A stretch of DNA of 64,000 bases from an uncultured Dehalococcoidia bacterium (GTDB lineage Bacteria; Chloroflexota; Dehalococcoidia; Lucifugimonadales; UBA3495): positions 16,057 through 80,056 of the forward strand of contig CAZCZB010000006.1 of the NCBI GenBank assembly GCA_964502995.1, read 5' to 3'. The stretch's first letter is position 1. Each line of letters starts with the position of its first letter. The notes under the pieces are model-generated. The model was not told the origin of the DNA. It saw only the letters and a list, made by a program, of their open reading frames with translations, and made no database searches. This document shows positions 1-8,242 of this stretch, piece by piece. Both the position numbers and the translations under genes were made by a program.

Positions 1-1148
1 TGGCCCAGAGACGTGAACGGCTCGGTGACGCCCCGTATGGTGCCCAGCGACTGGCGTCCGAAGAAGTTTGCGTAGGCCACCGGCGGCACGACGAGGATAC
101 CGGCCACGGATACGCCGAACAGCCCGGCTCCGAGATAAGCCAGCCACACCGTGTCGGCGATGACGAATATCCCGCACGCCAGGGCCATCAGCAGGGCCAC
201 GATTGCGTAGGTGTAGGACACCCGCACCTGCTCCAGCACGCGGCCCCAGAGCAGGCTGCCGATGCCCGTGCCGGCGGCGTTGATCACGATGCTGAACTGG
301 GAAAGGGCGAGATCTATGCCCTTGGATCGGAGCAGGTCGGCCTGGTAGGTGTTGGTGCCGGACTGCAGCAGGAACAGGAACCCCGTGCCCAACGCCAGCA
401 CCCACAGGGCAGGAGTGTGCAGGGCTTCGCGGGTCGCCCATTCGATTTCGGACTCGACGGGGGCCGTTTCAATCGCTTGCGCAGGCTCCGCCGCGTCGCC
501 GGCGGAGTCGGGGTTGTCTCCATCCGGGAGCAGGCCCACGTCCTCGGGACGCTGGGCGATGAGCAGCGCGGCGGGCCCCAGCGCGATGGCGTACACCATG
601 ATTCCCAGGACGATCCAGGCCACTTCCCATCCCCAAACGACGCTGACCCACGTTGCCACCAGCGGGAACACCACCATGCCGCCCGAGTGAGACAGGAACA
701 GCAACCCAGTCGCCCGGCCGCGTTGCCTCACGAACCAGCGACCCACGACGGTGGCCGGCCCCACGTTCAATGGACTGCTGAACATGATCCGGCCGATGGC
801 CAGCGCAGCGTAGAAGATCGCGATGTGGACCGACAACCACGCCATCGCCACGGTGCTGAGGCCGATTATGACAATGCCCAGGACCAGCACGATGCGGGCT
901 CCGAACCGGTCAACCGACCAGCCAACGAGCGGCGACGCTCCGGTTGCCAGCAAACCGCCGACGGCCGCGGCGCCGCCGATCAGCGCGCGACTCCATCCGG
1001 TATCATCGGCAATCAGGGGAACGAATACCGCGAAGGTCAGGCTGCCGGCCGCGTTGCGGACGAACATGCTGCTGCCGGCGGAACCCAACACCAGCCAACC
1101 GTAGTAGAACGGCAAACGCCGCGACAGATATGCGATCAAGATGTGCAT
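1..1148 (-). CDS. MFS transporter (C-terminal part cut off by left window edge)
   Basis: Absent from ORF track because it runs off the edge. The minus-strand ATG at 1148 is the first ATG after the in-frame TAG (1175..1173). It translates MHILIAYLSRRLPFYYGWLVLGSAGSSMF..., with alternating hydrophobic helices and the MFS loop motif VDRFGARIV. By my hand translation the frame is open down to position 3. Confidence 0.75.
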   Translation of the reverse strand, partial: MHILIAYLSRRLPFYYGWLVLGSAGSSMFVRNAAGSLTFAVFVPLIADDTGWSRALIGGAAAVGGLLATGASPLVGWSVDRFGARIVLVLGIVIIGLSTVAMAWLSVHIAIFYAALAIGRIMFSSPLNVGPATVVGRWFVRQRGRATGLLFLSHSGGMVVFPLVATWVSVVWGWEVAWIVLGIMVYAIALGPAALLIAQRPEDVGLLPDGDNPDSAGDAAEPAQAIETAPVESEIEWATREALHTPALWVLALGTGFLFLLQSGTNTYQADLLRSKGIDLALSQFSIVINAAGTGIGSLLWGRVLEQVRVSYTYAIVALLMALACGIFVIADTVWLAYLGAGLFGVSVAGILVVPPVAYANFFGRQSLGTIRGVTEPFTSLG

Positions 1149-1206
1149 TGCGGCAATTGTCCCCGCCGAATACTACACCTTTTGCAGGAATCCGTGGCTC
1201 GGTTCG

Positions 1207-2625
1207 TTACGCGCCGGTTTCCCAAAATTCATCGGGAAAAGCCATTTGCGAGTGGCCTCGGGGGGTCGTAAAGGGTTTCAATGAGTTCAGGTCGAATCCG
1301 GCGGTGTCGCGGGCGCAGCGCCAGGCGCCCCGGTGCGGCACGCACGCCAGCCGGCGACGGTCCGTCTCACCGGGTGTGGATTCCGTGTTCAGGCTGTTGG
1401 CCCAGACCAAATCTTCGACCCGCTGCAATTGCACAACCAGAGGCGAATGAGTGGTCATGATGACCTGCCCGAGCGGGTTTCCCGGCCCGACCTCTTCACT
1501 GGGATTCACCGGGATTTGGTGGAGTAACGCGTTCATCGCCGCCAAGTTGGCCGGATAGATCCCGGTCTCAGGTTGCTCGATGCAGATCAATCCACCTTCA
1601 GCCGCGCTGGCGGCCAGGGTTGCCAACGCCAGCAGACGAAGGGTACTGTCCGCGGCTGCTCCAGCAGGCACCTCGAACCCGCCGGACGCCACAATGTTGA
1701 GGGACAGTCGTTGGCGAACGTCGTCCGCCACCAATCGGATTTCCTGAATCGGCAGCAACTCCGAAATTTGCGCCGACAACGGGACTGAGACCACACCAGA
1801 TTCCGGTCCTGCTTGAGCCAGGCTTCGCAATGTCGCCGGAATATGCGCTCCATCGCTGGCTACACCAGGCGACTGGGCGTAACTGTCCGATTGCCGCAGA
1901 GATTGGGAGTTCAGTTCCAAAACCAACCAACTTTGCATTTCGCGTCGGGCTGCCAGAATCGTGGGTGTGGCAATCGTGTTCTCTGTGCCCACTATGGTTT
2001 GACGCGCGTTTTCCGCTGGCGCGGGCCGTCCCCATCCCGGGGCGCCGCTGTCTTGATGGACGATTATGACGTTCCGCCCGGTCTCGTCATCGGGAGAGGT
2101 GGAGATATAACCGGTCCTGGCATGGCGCCTGTTGTACACAACGCCATCGCGGAAACGAACCTTGCTATGCGGGAACTTCAGGTGCCCTGCGGCCCGACCT
2201 GCCGTGATTGGCTTGAGCGCCTCATGTTCCAGCTCCAATCCGCCGGGCAATCCCGATGGGCCGGCGTGGGTCCGATATCGGAAACCCAGCTCATACCGCA
2301 AAAACGTGGATGAGGGTTCGCCCTCTCTACCAAAGTCATCGGTCACCGTTGAGCCCACCAACATCTCTGCGGCAAACGACATGCGCGCAGGATCCTCTCC
2401 GCCTTGTTGGAGCAACCAAAGAATGTCAGGGTCGGCGTCGCCGCCCCGGATGCGGAGGGCCGAATCGTTGATGGGAAACCGGGTTAAAAGCGAGAGGAAC
2501 CGTATCGCGTCCAGGATATTGGACTTGCCAACCTCGTTTGGACCAAAGATGCAGGTGAACGGCCCAAAGTCCAGCGAGAAATCGACCAGGTTTTTGAATC
2601 CGTTGACTTCCAGACGGGTCAGCAT
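1207..2625 (-). CDS. ABC/SMC-like ATPase (AAA_15/AAA_21-type), solitary
   Basis: Track ORF of 472 aa. The N-terminus MLTRLEVNGFKNL...FGPNEVGKSN carries Walker A. The C-terminus has LICIEQPETGIYP (Walker B/D-loop) and MTTHSP (H-loop), with a long insert between the two halves. Confidence 0.8.
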   Translation of the reverse strand: MLTRLEVNGFKNLVDFSLDFGPFTCIFGPNEVGKSNILDAIRFLSLLTRFPINDSALRIRGGDADPDILWLLQQGGEDPARMSFAAEMLVGSTVTDDFGREGEPSSTFLRYELGFRYRTHAGPSGLPGGLELEHEALKPITAGRAAGHLKFPHSKVRFRDGVVYNRRHARTGYISTSPDDETGRNVIIVHQDSGAPGWGRPAPAENARQTIVGTENTIATPTILAARREMQSWLVLELNSQSLRQSDSYAQSPGVASDGAHIPATLRSLAQAGPESGVVSVPLSAQISELLPIQEIRLVADDVRQRLSLNIVASGGFEVPAGAAADSTLRLLALATLAASAAEGGLICIEQPETGIYPANLAAMNALLHQIPVNPSEEVGPGNPLGQVIMTTHSPLVVQLQRVEDLVWANSLNTESTPGETDRRRLACVPHRGAWRCARDTAGFDLNSLKPFTTPRGHSQMAFPDEFWETGA

Positions 2626-2683
2626 GATCGCCTCCGCGCACGAGAGAGACGGCGATGATGCCCAATTCTAGCACGGGCCGTCG

Positions 2684-4432
2684 TCACCCCCTGCGCAGGC
2701 GTTCCATTTCGCAGGCGAACCAGAGGGCCATGCTGCCGGTGCGGTCGTCGTAGCCGTTGACTGCCGTTCGGTGCAGATAGGCGCGCATATCGGGCATCAC
2801 GCCGGTGCTGATGCAGCCGTCCACAACGTTGGCGTCGTCGTCGACGCGTTCGGCGACGGCCCGCCAGCAGGCTTCGACGCCGGCGCGGTATGCGTCGCCG
2901 TCACCGTCGGGGAGCCAGCCTTCCCGCAGCCCCCGCGCCAGCGCGTAACCGACCATGCAGGTGGACGTCAACTCGCCCCATGAACCGGGCACGTCCACCA
3001 GTTCGCCGAAGGTTCCCCAGGGCTGCTGACGGCGCAAGAGTGCGTCAAGATGTCGGCGGTGGCGCTGCAACAGTTCGGGTCGCGCCGGGTGATCGGTCGG
3101 CAGATAGGTCAGAGCCTCGGCATATCCGAGGGCGGCAAAACCGTTGCCCCGGCTCCAGAAATGCGGAGCCGAGCGGGCGTGCATGAACAGTCCGCTGCTG
3201 TCCTGCACGTCGCCGCCGTCCACCAGGAAACGGGCGAGCAGGTCGGCGTATTTGGCATCACCGGAAATGCGATAGGCGCGGCCCAGCATTGCGCCGCACA
3301 TGAACATGTCCTCGACGCGAAAATCGGGGTCGCACGGGGCCGGCGCTTCGTTGGGGCCGCGAGGGACGAAACGGTCGGCAGCGTTGAAAAACAGCCGTCG
3401 GTACCGTTCGTCGCCGGTGTAATCCGCCAACCGCGCCGACCAGATGACGCCGGTCAACGCTGCCCCGCCGACGTCGGCCAGGTGCGCGTCCGGGTCCGCC
3501 GCGATGTGCGCGATTAACCGTGCGATGTCCTCGGTGGGGCTTTCGCCGCCGGCATCCAGTTCGGCGAGACGCAGTCGTCCGCTGATACCAACGCCCTGGG
3601 TGTAGTTGACGGGATCAAGCACATGGCCGTAGCGACTCGCCAGGACGCGGCCGATTTCCAACGAAGTTCGGCCGCGCCGGGCTTCGAGAACCGACCGGCA
3701 TGGCGACGCGGAAATGTTGGAGTTCCGGCCGGTGATGGCCCACAGTTCTCGAAGTGCGTCGGAGAGGGCGGTCCAATGGGCGGTCAAACGCACCGCCGGG
3801 ATCGTGCCGGGCAAATCTTCGGCCGGCCGGCCGAGGGCGGAAATCAGCGAGTCGTCATCGTCCATTTGCGACGCGCCCAGCGCATCGGCGATTGTGCCTC
3901 CGGACGCGGCCGCGTTGGCTTGCCATTTTGCGCCGTCGGCCTGATTGTCCGCGATTGCGACCTCCACCAGCAGATCCGGAGCCTGGTAGGCGATCCAACG
4001 CCACAGGTACCGGCGTTCGGGCGCGCTCTCGTCGAAATAGAACCCTCCGTCCGGCGGATAGCCGTGGGTGAGGTCAACCCGGTTGGCCGAGGCCTCTTCC
4101 CAATCGCCTCCGGCCAGGGCGTCGGGATTCGCGGCCACTATGGCCGACAGCGCCACTCCAAATTCCTGCGCCGCGGCCGAACGGGCGTACAGTTCCAACG
4201 CCGTCAGAACGCGCGGGGTATCCGACGCATCTCCGCGCAATCCCGCGACCATGAGCACCGACGGACCGTGTTCAGTGTCCGAGAACGGCAGGGTCCGGGT
4301 GTCCTGCAGGGCCATGATTGGCCGCAGCGCGGGGGTCAATCCTATGGTGGTGGATTGCCAGTACGCCGGCGAACGGCGGCGGATGAGGTTGATGAGGGCG
4401 GCGTTGATGTCCGTGGGGTGCATGGTGGACAT
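2684..4432 (-). CDS. Glycoside hydrolase family 88/105-like protein with about 300-aa N-terminal extension
   Basis: Track ORF of 582 aa. The C-terminal half (YTGDERYRRL...MFMCGAMLGRAY...WSRGNGFAALGYAEAL...TSTCMVGYALARG...DDRTGSMALW) resembles unsaturated glucuronyl/rhamnogalacturonyl hydrolases. The N-terminal segment VLMVAGLRGDASDTP resembles an M14/AstE-like fold. Confidence 0.65.
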   Translation of the reverse strand: MSTMHPTDINAALINLIRRRSPAYWQSTTIGLTPALRPIMALQDTRTLPFSDTEHGPSVLMVAGLRGDASDTPRVLTALELYARSAAAQEFGVALSAIVAANPDALAGGDWEEASANRVDLTHGYPPDGGFYFDESAPERRYLWRWIAYQAPDLLVEVAIADNQADGAKWQANAAASGGTIADALGASQMDDDDSLISALGRPAEDLPGTIPAVRLTAHWTALSDALRELWAITGRNSNISASPCRSVLEARRGRTSLEIGRVLASRYGHVLDPVNYTQGVGISGRLRLAELDAGGESPTEDIARLIAHIAADPDAHLADVGGAALTGVIWSARLADYTGDERYRRLFFNAADRFVPRGPNEAPAPCDPDFRVEDMFMCGAMLGRAYRISGDAKYADLLARFLVDGGDVQDSSGLFMHARSAPHFWSRGNGFAALGYAEALTYLPTDHPARPELLQRHRRHLDALLRRQQPWGTFGELVDVPGSWGELTSTCMVGYALARGLREGWLPDGDGDAYRAGVEACWRAVAERVDDDANVVDGCISTGVMPDMRAYLHRTAVNGYDDRTGSMALWFACEMERLRRG

Positions 4433-4530
4433 ATAGAAAACTCCGGTTCCCTGCCGTGTGTTGATTGAAATGGGTTGGCAGGGCGTCGCGTATTATAACG
4501 GTCGTCGCCGGGCCCACGGAGCAACCGGTT

Positions 4531-4559
4531 TTGACATCGCCGGCCGACGGCGATACATT
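4531..4559 (+). promoter_or_regulatory. Putative sigma70-type promoter TTGACA-17-TACATT
   Basis: TTGACA at 4531..4536, a 17-nt spacer containing the palindrome TCGCCG/CGGCGA, and TACATT at 4554..4559. It lies upstream of the CoA-transferase pair. Confidence 0.4.
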
Positions 4560-4627
4560 CACTTCGTTTTCAATTCGCAAAATTGCCAATTACCACCGTT
4601 CCTGATTTCTACTGGGGGCTGGCGTCC

Positions 4628-5872
4628 ATGCCGCGTTTCGACGAATACACGGGAGAGAACCTGATCCCGCCCTATCGCATCCTGGACCTGACCGACCGGC
4701 GGGCCGCGTTTTGCGGCCGTCTGCTGGCAGATTATGGCGCGGACGTGGTGAAGGTGGAGCCGCCGCGAGGTGACCCCTCTCGCCACATGGGGCCGTTCGC
4801 ATCCGACGATGCCGACCCCGAACACAGCCTGGACTTCCTCTTCTACAACACCAACAAGCGCTCGGTTACGCTGGATCTGGAAACCGAGCGGGGACGCGCA
4901 CTGTTCCGGCGTCTGGCAGCGGACGCGGACGTGATTATCGAGAGTTTCGATCGCCACTACCTCTACGACCGGGGCATTGGGTTCGACGCGCTGCGGGCTG
5001 ACAATCCCGGTTTGATCATGGCGTCGGTGACTCCCTTCGGTTGCTCCGGCGAGTGGGCGGACTACCAGGGTGACGACCTGGTGGTGATGGCGGCCAGCGG
5101 ATACATGCAGATCACGGGCGAGCCCGACGAGCCTCCCGTGCGCCAGGGCAACGAACACAGCCACTACCCGGGGGCGCAGTACGCCGCCGTCGGGATACTG
5201 GCCGCGCTTTATCACCGGGACTTCTGCGGGGGCGAGGGCCAGCACATCGACGTTTCATCGCAGGAGGCGCTGATCACCTACTACACCGACGCGCATCCCG
5301 CGCTACTCTGGCGAAAGCTGGGCCAGAATGTTACGCGGGTGGGCACCAATTCCACGCTGGTGATTCCGTTGGGGGCGTATCCCTGCAAGGACGGCTGGAT
5401 CGCCGCCGGCGTGATCACGCCCCGGGAGTGGGACGCGCTGGCCGAATGGATTCACGAGGTGACCGGGAACGATGAGGTGCTGAGCGAAACATACCGCGGC
5501 GGCAACCAGGACCGGGCCGAGCACATCGACATCATCACCGCGCTGTTCCTGGAGTTTGCCGAGAATTTCACGGTGCAGGAACTTTTCCACGAGGGGCAGC
5601 GCCGGAACCTGGTGTTCCTGCCGGTCAACGAAATAGCCGATCTGCTGGCCGACCCGCAGCTTGCGGAATCCGGCTTCTGGTACGACATCGATCACGGCCA
5701 GGATGGGTTGGATTCCGTCAAGTATCCCCTGGGCATTTTCCACAGCGATGAGGTGAAGGCCCGCAGCCAACCCGCTCCGTCGCTGGGCGCGGACAACGCC
5801 GCCGTGTATCGGGGCGAACTTGGCCTGACCGACGACGAAGTCGCCGCGCTTGTTTCCGATGGAATCATCTAG
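4628..5872 (+). CDS. Family III CoA-transferase (CaiB/BaiF-like)
   Basis: The track ORF runs 4583..5872 from a TTG; I prefer the in-frame ATG at 4628. It contains ILDLTDRRAAFCGRLLADYGADVVKVEPPRGDPSR, the typical family III N-terminal Rossmann motif. Confidence 0.9.
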   Translation: MPRFDEYTGENLIPPYRILDLTDRRAAFCGRLLADYGADVVKVEPPRGDPSRHMGPFASDDADPEHSLDFLFYNTNKRSVTLDLETERGRALFRRLAADADVIIESFDRHYLYDRGIGFDALRADNPGLIMASVTPFGCSGEWADYQGDDLVVMAASGYMQITGEPDEPPVRQGNEHSHYPGAQYAAVGILAALYHRDFCGGEGQHIDVSSQEALITYYTDAHPALLWRKLGQNVTRVGTNSTLVIPLGAYPCKDGWIAAGVITPREWDALAEWIHEVTGNDEVLSETYRGGNQDRAEHIDIITALFLEFAENFTVQELFHEGQRRNLVFLPVNEIADLLADPQLAESGFWYDIDHGQDGLDSVKYPLGIFHSDEVKARSQPAPSLGADNAAVYRGELGLTDDEVAALVSDGII

Positions 5873-5898
5873 CGCCTGCACCGTTGGAGAATCTTGAA

Positions 5899-7152
5899 AT
5901 GACAACCGCCTCACCTGATACACAAACCTCTACTCCCAACGCGCTGAGCGGAATCCGCGTTGTGGAATTCGGCCCATACGTCGCCCTGCCGCTGACCGGG
6001 CGCATCCTGGGTTCGCTGGGGGCCGAGGTGATCAAGGTGGAGACCAACAAGGTGCTGGACGAGATGTCCTTCATCCCCGCCTGGTCGCGGGGAGCCGGGC
6101 AGCCCGAATACCAGCGTGGCAAGCGGCGCATCACCCTGGACGTGCGGACCGACGCGGGACGCGATCTGATCCTGGAAATGGTGCGAATCAGCGACGTGTT
6201 CATGACCAACTTCCGGCGCAACGTACTGGACCGTTGGGGCATCGACTTTCCGGAGATCCGCCGCCACCGGCCCGACGCGATCATCATGTGGCAGACGGGG
6301 CTGGGCGGACACGGGCCCTACTACACCTACAAGTCTTTTGGGATCCTGGTGCAGCACCTTTCTGGCGTTTCGCTGATGACCGGGTTGCCGGATGAACCGC
6401 CCGGCGTGGTCAACACGTCGTACTCCGATTACCACACCGGGGTGTTCCAGCCGGCCGGGATCATCGCGGCGCTGATGCGGCGGAACCTCACGGGCAAGAC
6501 CGCGACGCTGGAATCGTCGATTTTCAAGTCGGGAGTCGCCACGTGTGGGCCGGCTCTGCTGGATTACCAGATCAACGGACGTGGCCCCGAGCGTCGGGGC
6601 AACCGGGACGCCTGGGCGGTCCCGCACGGGGTCTATCCGTGCGCGGGCGATGATCGTTACATCGCGATTTCGGTGGCGGACGATGATCAGTGGCAGCGGT
6701 TCCTCAAGGCGATGGGCGACCCCGCCTGGGCGGCATCAGCGGAGTATGCGACTCGCATCGGGCGACGCCGCAACGAGGACTCACTGGACGCCGCCATCGG
6801 CGAGTGGACGCGGTCGCAGGACTCGTCGGCGCTGATGGATTCACTGCAACAGTCGGGGGTGCCGGCCGGTATCGTATCGCAGGGGGCGGACCTCAACGAA
6901 AGCCGGCACCTGAATTCGCGCGACTTTTACCAGGACACGCAATACTGGGAGGCCGAACGCGGCATCAAAGCCACCGAATGGGTGGAGGGAGAGAGCGTGT
7001 CATGGTCGATACCCGCCAAAATGTCGGGGACGCCGATCGCCTTCGGGAAATACAGCAACATCGGCGAGGACAATGCCTACGTGTTCGGGGAACTGCTGGG
7101 TCTCACGCCCGCCGAAATCGCGGAACTGGAAGAGGCCGGGGTGATTTACTAG
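5899..7152 (+). CDS. Family III CoA-transferase (CaiB/BaiF-like), second tandem paralogue
   Basis: The track ORF runs 5884..7152 from a TTG. The ATG at 5899 is preceded by GGAGA (5886..5890). Motif: GIRVVEFGPYVALPLTGRILGSLGAEVIKVE. Confidence 0.9.
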   Translation: MTTASPDTQTSTPNALSGIRVVEFGPYVALPLTGRILGSLGAEVIKVETNKVLDEMSFIPAWSRGAGQPEYQRGKRRITLDVRTDAGRDLILEMVRISDVFMTNFRRNVLDRWGIDFPEIRRHRPDAIIMWQTGLGGHGPYYTYKSFGILVQHLSGVSLMTGLPDEPPGVVNTSYSDYHTGVFQPAGIIAALMRRNLTGKTATLESSIFKSGVATCGPALLDYQINGRGPERRGNRDAWAVPHGVYPCAGDDRYIAISVADDDQWQRFLKAMGDPAWAASAEYATRIGRRRNEDSLDAAIGEWTRSQDSSALMDSLQQSGVPAGIVSQGADLNESRHLNSRDFYQDTQYWEAERGIKATEWVEGESVSWSIPAKMSGTPIAFGKYSNIGEDNAYVFGELLGLTPAEIAELEEAGVIY

Positions 7153-7231
7153 CTCACGCCTCAAATAGCAACGGGCCGCTCTCCGGCGGCCCGATCCGTG
7201 CAGCGGGCGGCATCAACGGACGCCGGACGAA

Positions 7232-7381
7232 CTAATCGGCGTCGCTGCGCTTCGGCGTCGAGTTGGGGGGCAACTTGCCGCCCGGCGGCTTGCCCTCGGG
7301 CCATGCGATGGGCGTGCCCTTGCGAGGCGCGGTGCCTTTGATCACCCGCGTCTTTACGTATTTCGGTTTGTTAGATGGCAT
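7232..7381 (-). CDS. Small basic hypothetical protein (49 aa), below the track length cutoff
   Basis: Hand translation gives MPSNKPKYVKTRVIKGTAPRKGTPIAWPEGKPPGGKLPPNSTPKRSDAD, ending at TAG. AGGAGGTG (7391..7384) lies just upstream of the ATG at 7381. The ORF starts 38 nt after the stop of the 7419..8114 gene on the same strand. Third codon positions are mostly G/C. Confidence 0.45.
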   Translation of the reverse strand: MPSNKPKYVKTRVIKGTAPRKGTPIAWPEGKPPGGKLPPNSTPKRSDAD

Positions 7382-7418
7382 GGCACCTCCTGTCAATCAC
7401 CAAGAATGCCTTCTCTAT

Positions 7419-8114
7419 TTACACTATATCATCGTGGACGGTGGTGGCTGACCAGCCCTGGGCAGATTGGCCGTAATCGGAATATCCCGTATTGAAAAAG
7501 TAAGAATACACAAGCACGGTCGTCACGTGTCGAGACACTATGAACTCACACGGTTCATGATGACAAGCGCCCGGTTCAATGACGATTTCGTTTGGCTCCA
7601 TCCGGCGCGCAACTTCATCGATGATTGGCCATTCTATGTATGCGCTGCCGTCCTCACGGAACGCCTCAACATAGTAATGCTCCACGTCATCGTCGCTCAA
7701 TGGCTGCACTTGATGAATCTGAAACAGACACTCCCGTACTTCCACCCGCACCTTTGAACTGTTGCGCAGCGTCGTGGTCACGGCGATGTGGGCATAAGAG
7801 GACCCGACGGCGCGGCTGGTGACAGTTTGGGTTACGGTCAGGTGCGGCTCGAAATCGCGGAACAGTTGCAGCTTGCGGTAGGCGAAGATCCCGCCGGCCA
7901 CCAGCACCAGGGTCGTGGCCAGGGATTGCAAAAGACCCACCGCCGAGATGAACTGCCCCAGAACGAATCGGTCGGTTTGCGCCCCGCCAATCCACGACAT
8001 CCATACGTAGAGCGCCAGCGCGACCAGCCCGAGGCCCGCCAGCACACCCACCGCGATAAGGACATCGGCCGCCAACCGCCGGTGAGGTCCGTACAGTAAC
8101 CGCAACGCACGCAT
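7419..8114 (-). CDS. Hypothetical membrane protein: two N-terminal TM helices plus beta-rich C-terminal domain
   Basis: Track ORF of 231 aa. TM1 is roughly ADVLIAVGVLAGLGLVALALYVWMSWI and TM2 roughly VLGQFISAVGLLQSLATTLVLVAGGIFAY. These are followed by alternating beta-like segments (HLTVTQTVTS, AHIAVTTTLRN, VRVEVRECLFQIHQV, EIVIEPGA, EFIVSRHVTTVLVYSYFF). The C-terminal coding region looks AT-richer than its surroundings by eye. Confidence 0.7.
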   Translation of the reverse strand: MRALRLLYGPHRRLAADVLIAVGVLAGLGLVALALYVWMSWIGGAQTDRFVLGQFISAVGLLQSLATTLVLVAGGIFAYRKLQLFRDFEPHLTVTQTVTSRAVGSSYAHIAVTTTLRNSSKVRVEVRECLFQIHQVQPLSDDDVEHYYVEAFREDGSAYIEWPIIDEVARRMEPNEIVIEPGACHHEPCEFIVSRHVTTVLVYSYFFNTGYSDYGQSAQGWSATTVHDDIV

Positions 8115-8165
8115 CTCGTCGCATCGTAGCGCGCGCGGGCCGTTGCTGTCCCACCCGTGCCGTCA

Positions 8166-8203
8166 CCCAAAAGCGAGCCGTCGCCAGATCGGACCGGCGA
8201 CGG
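8166..8203 (-). terminator. Rho-independent-like terminator after the alcohol dehydrogenase gene
   Basis: Stem CCGTCGCC/GGCGACGG (8178..8185 with 8196..8203). On the minus strand it is followed by CTCGCTTTTGGG. Confidence 0.45.
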
Positions 8204-8242
8204 CGCGCGATTGCCGAAAATCCGCAGGACTCAGTTTCAGAA

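Noticed and set aside
417-1271. 284-aa plus-strand ORF, together with the overlapping ORFs 349..690, 823..1104 and 944..1450
   Set aside because: The products are Arg/Gly/His/Pro-rich and low in complexity. They lie antisense to a clean MFS transporter frame that the track omits only because it runs off the edge. This is a typical shadow ORF in GC-rich DNA.
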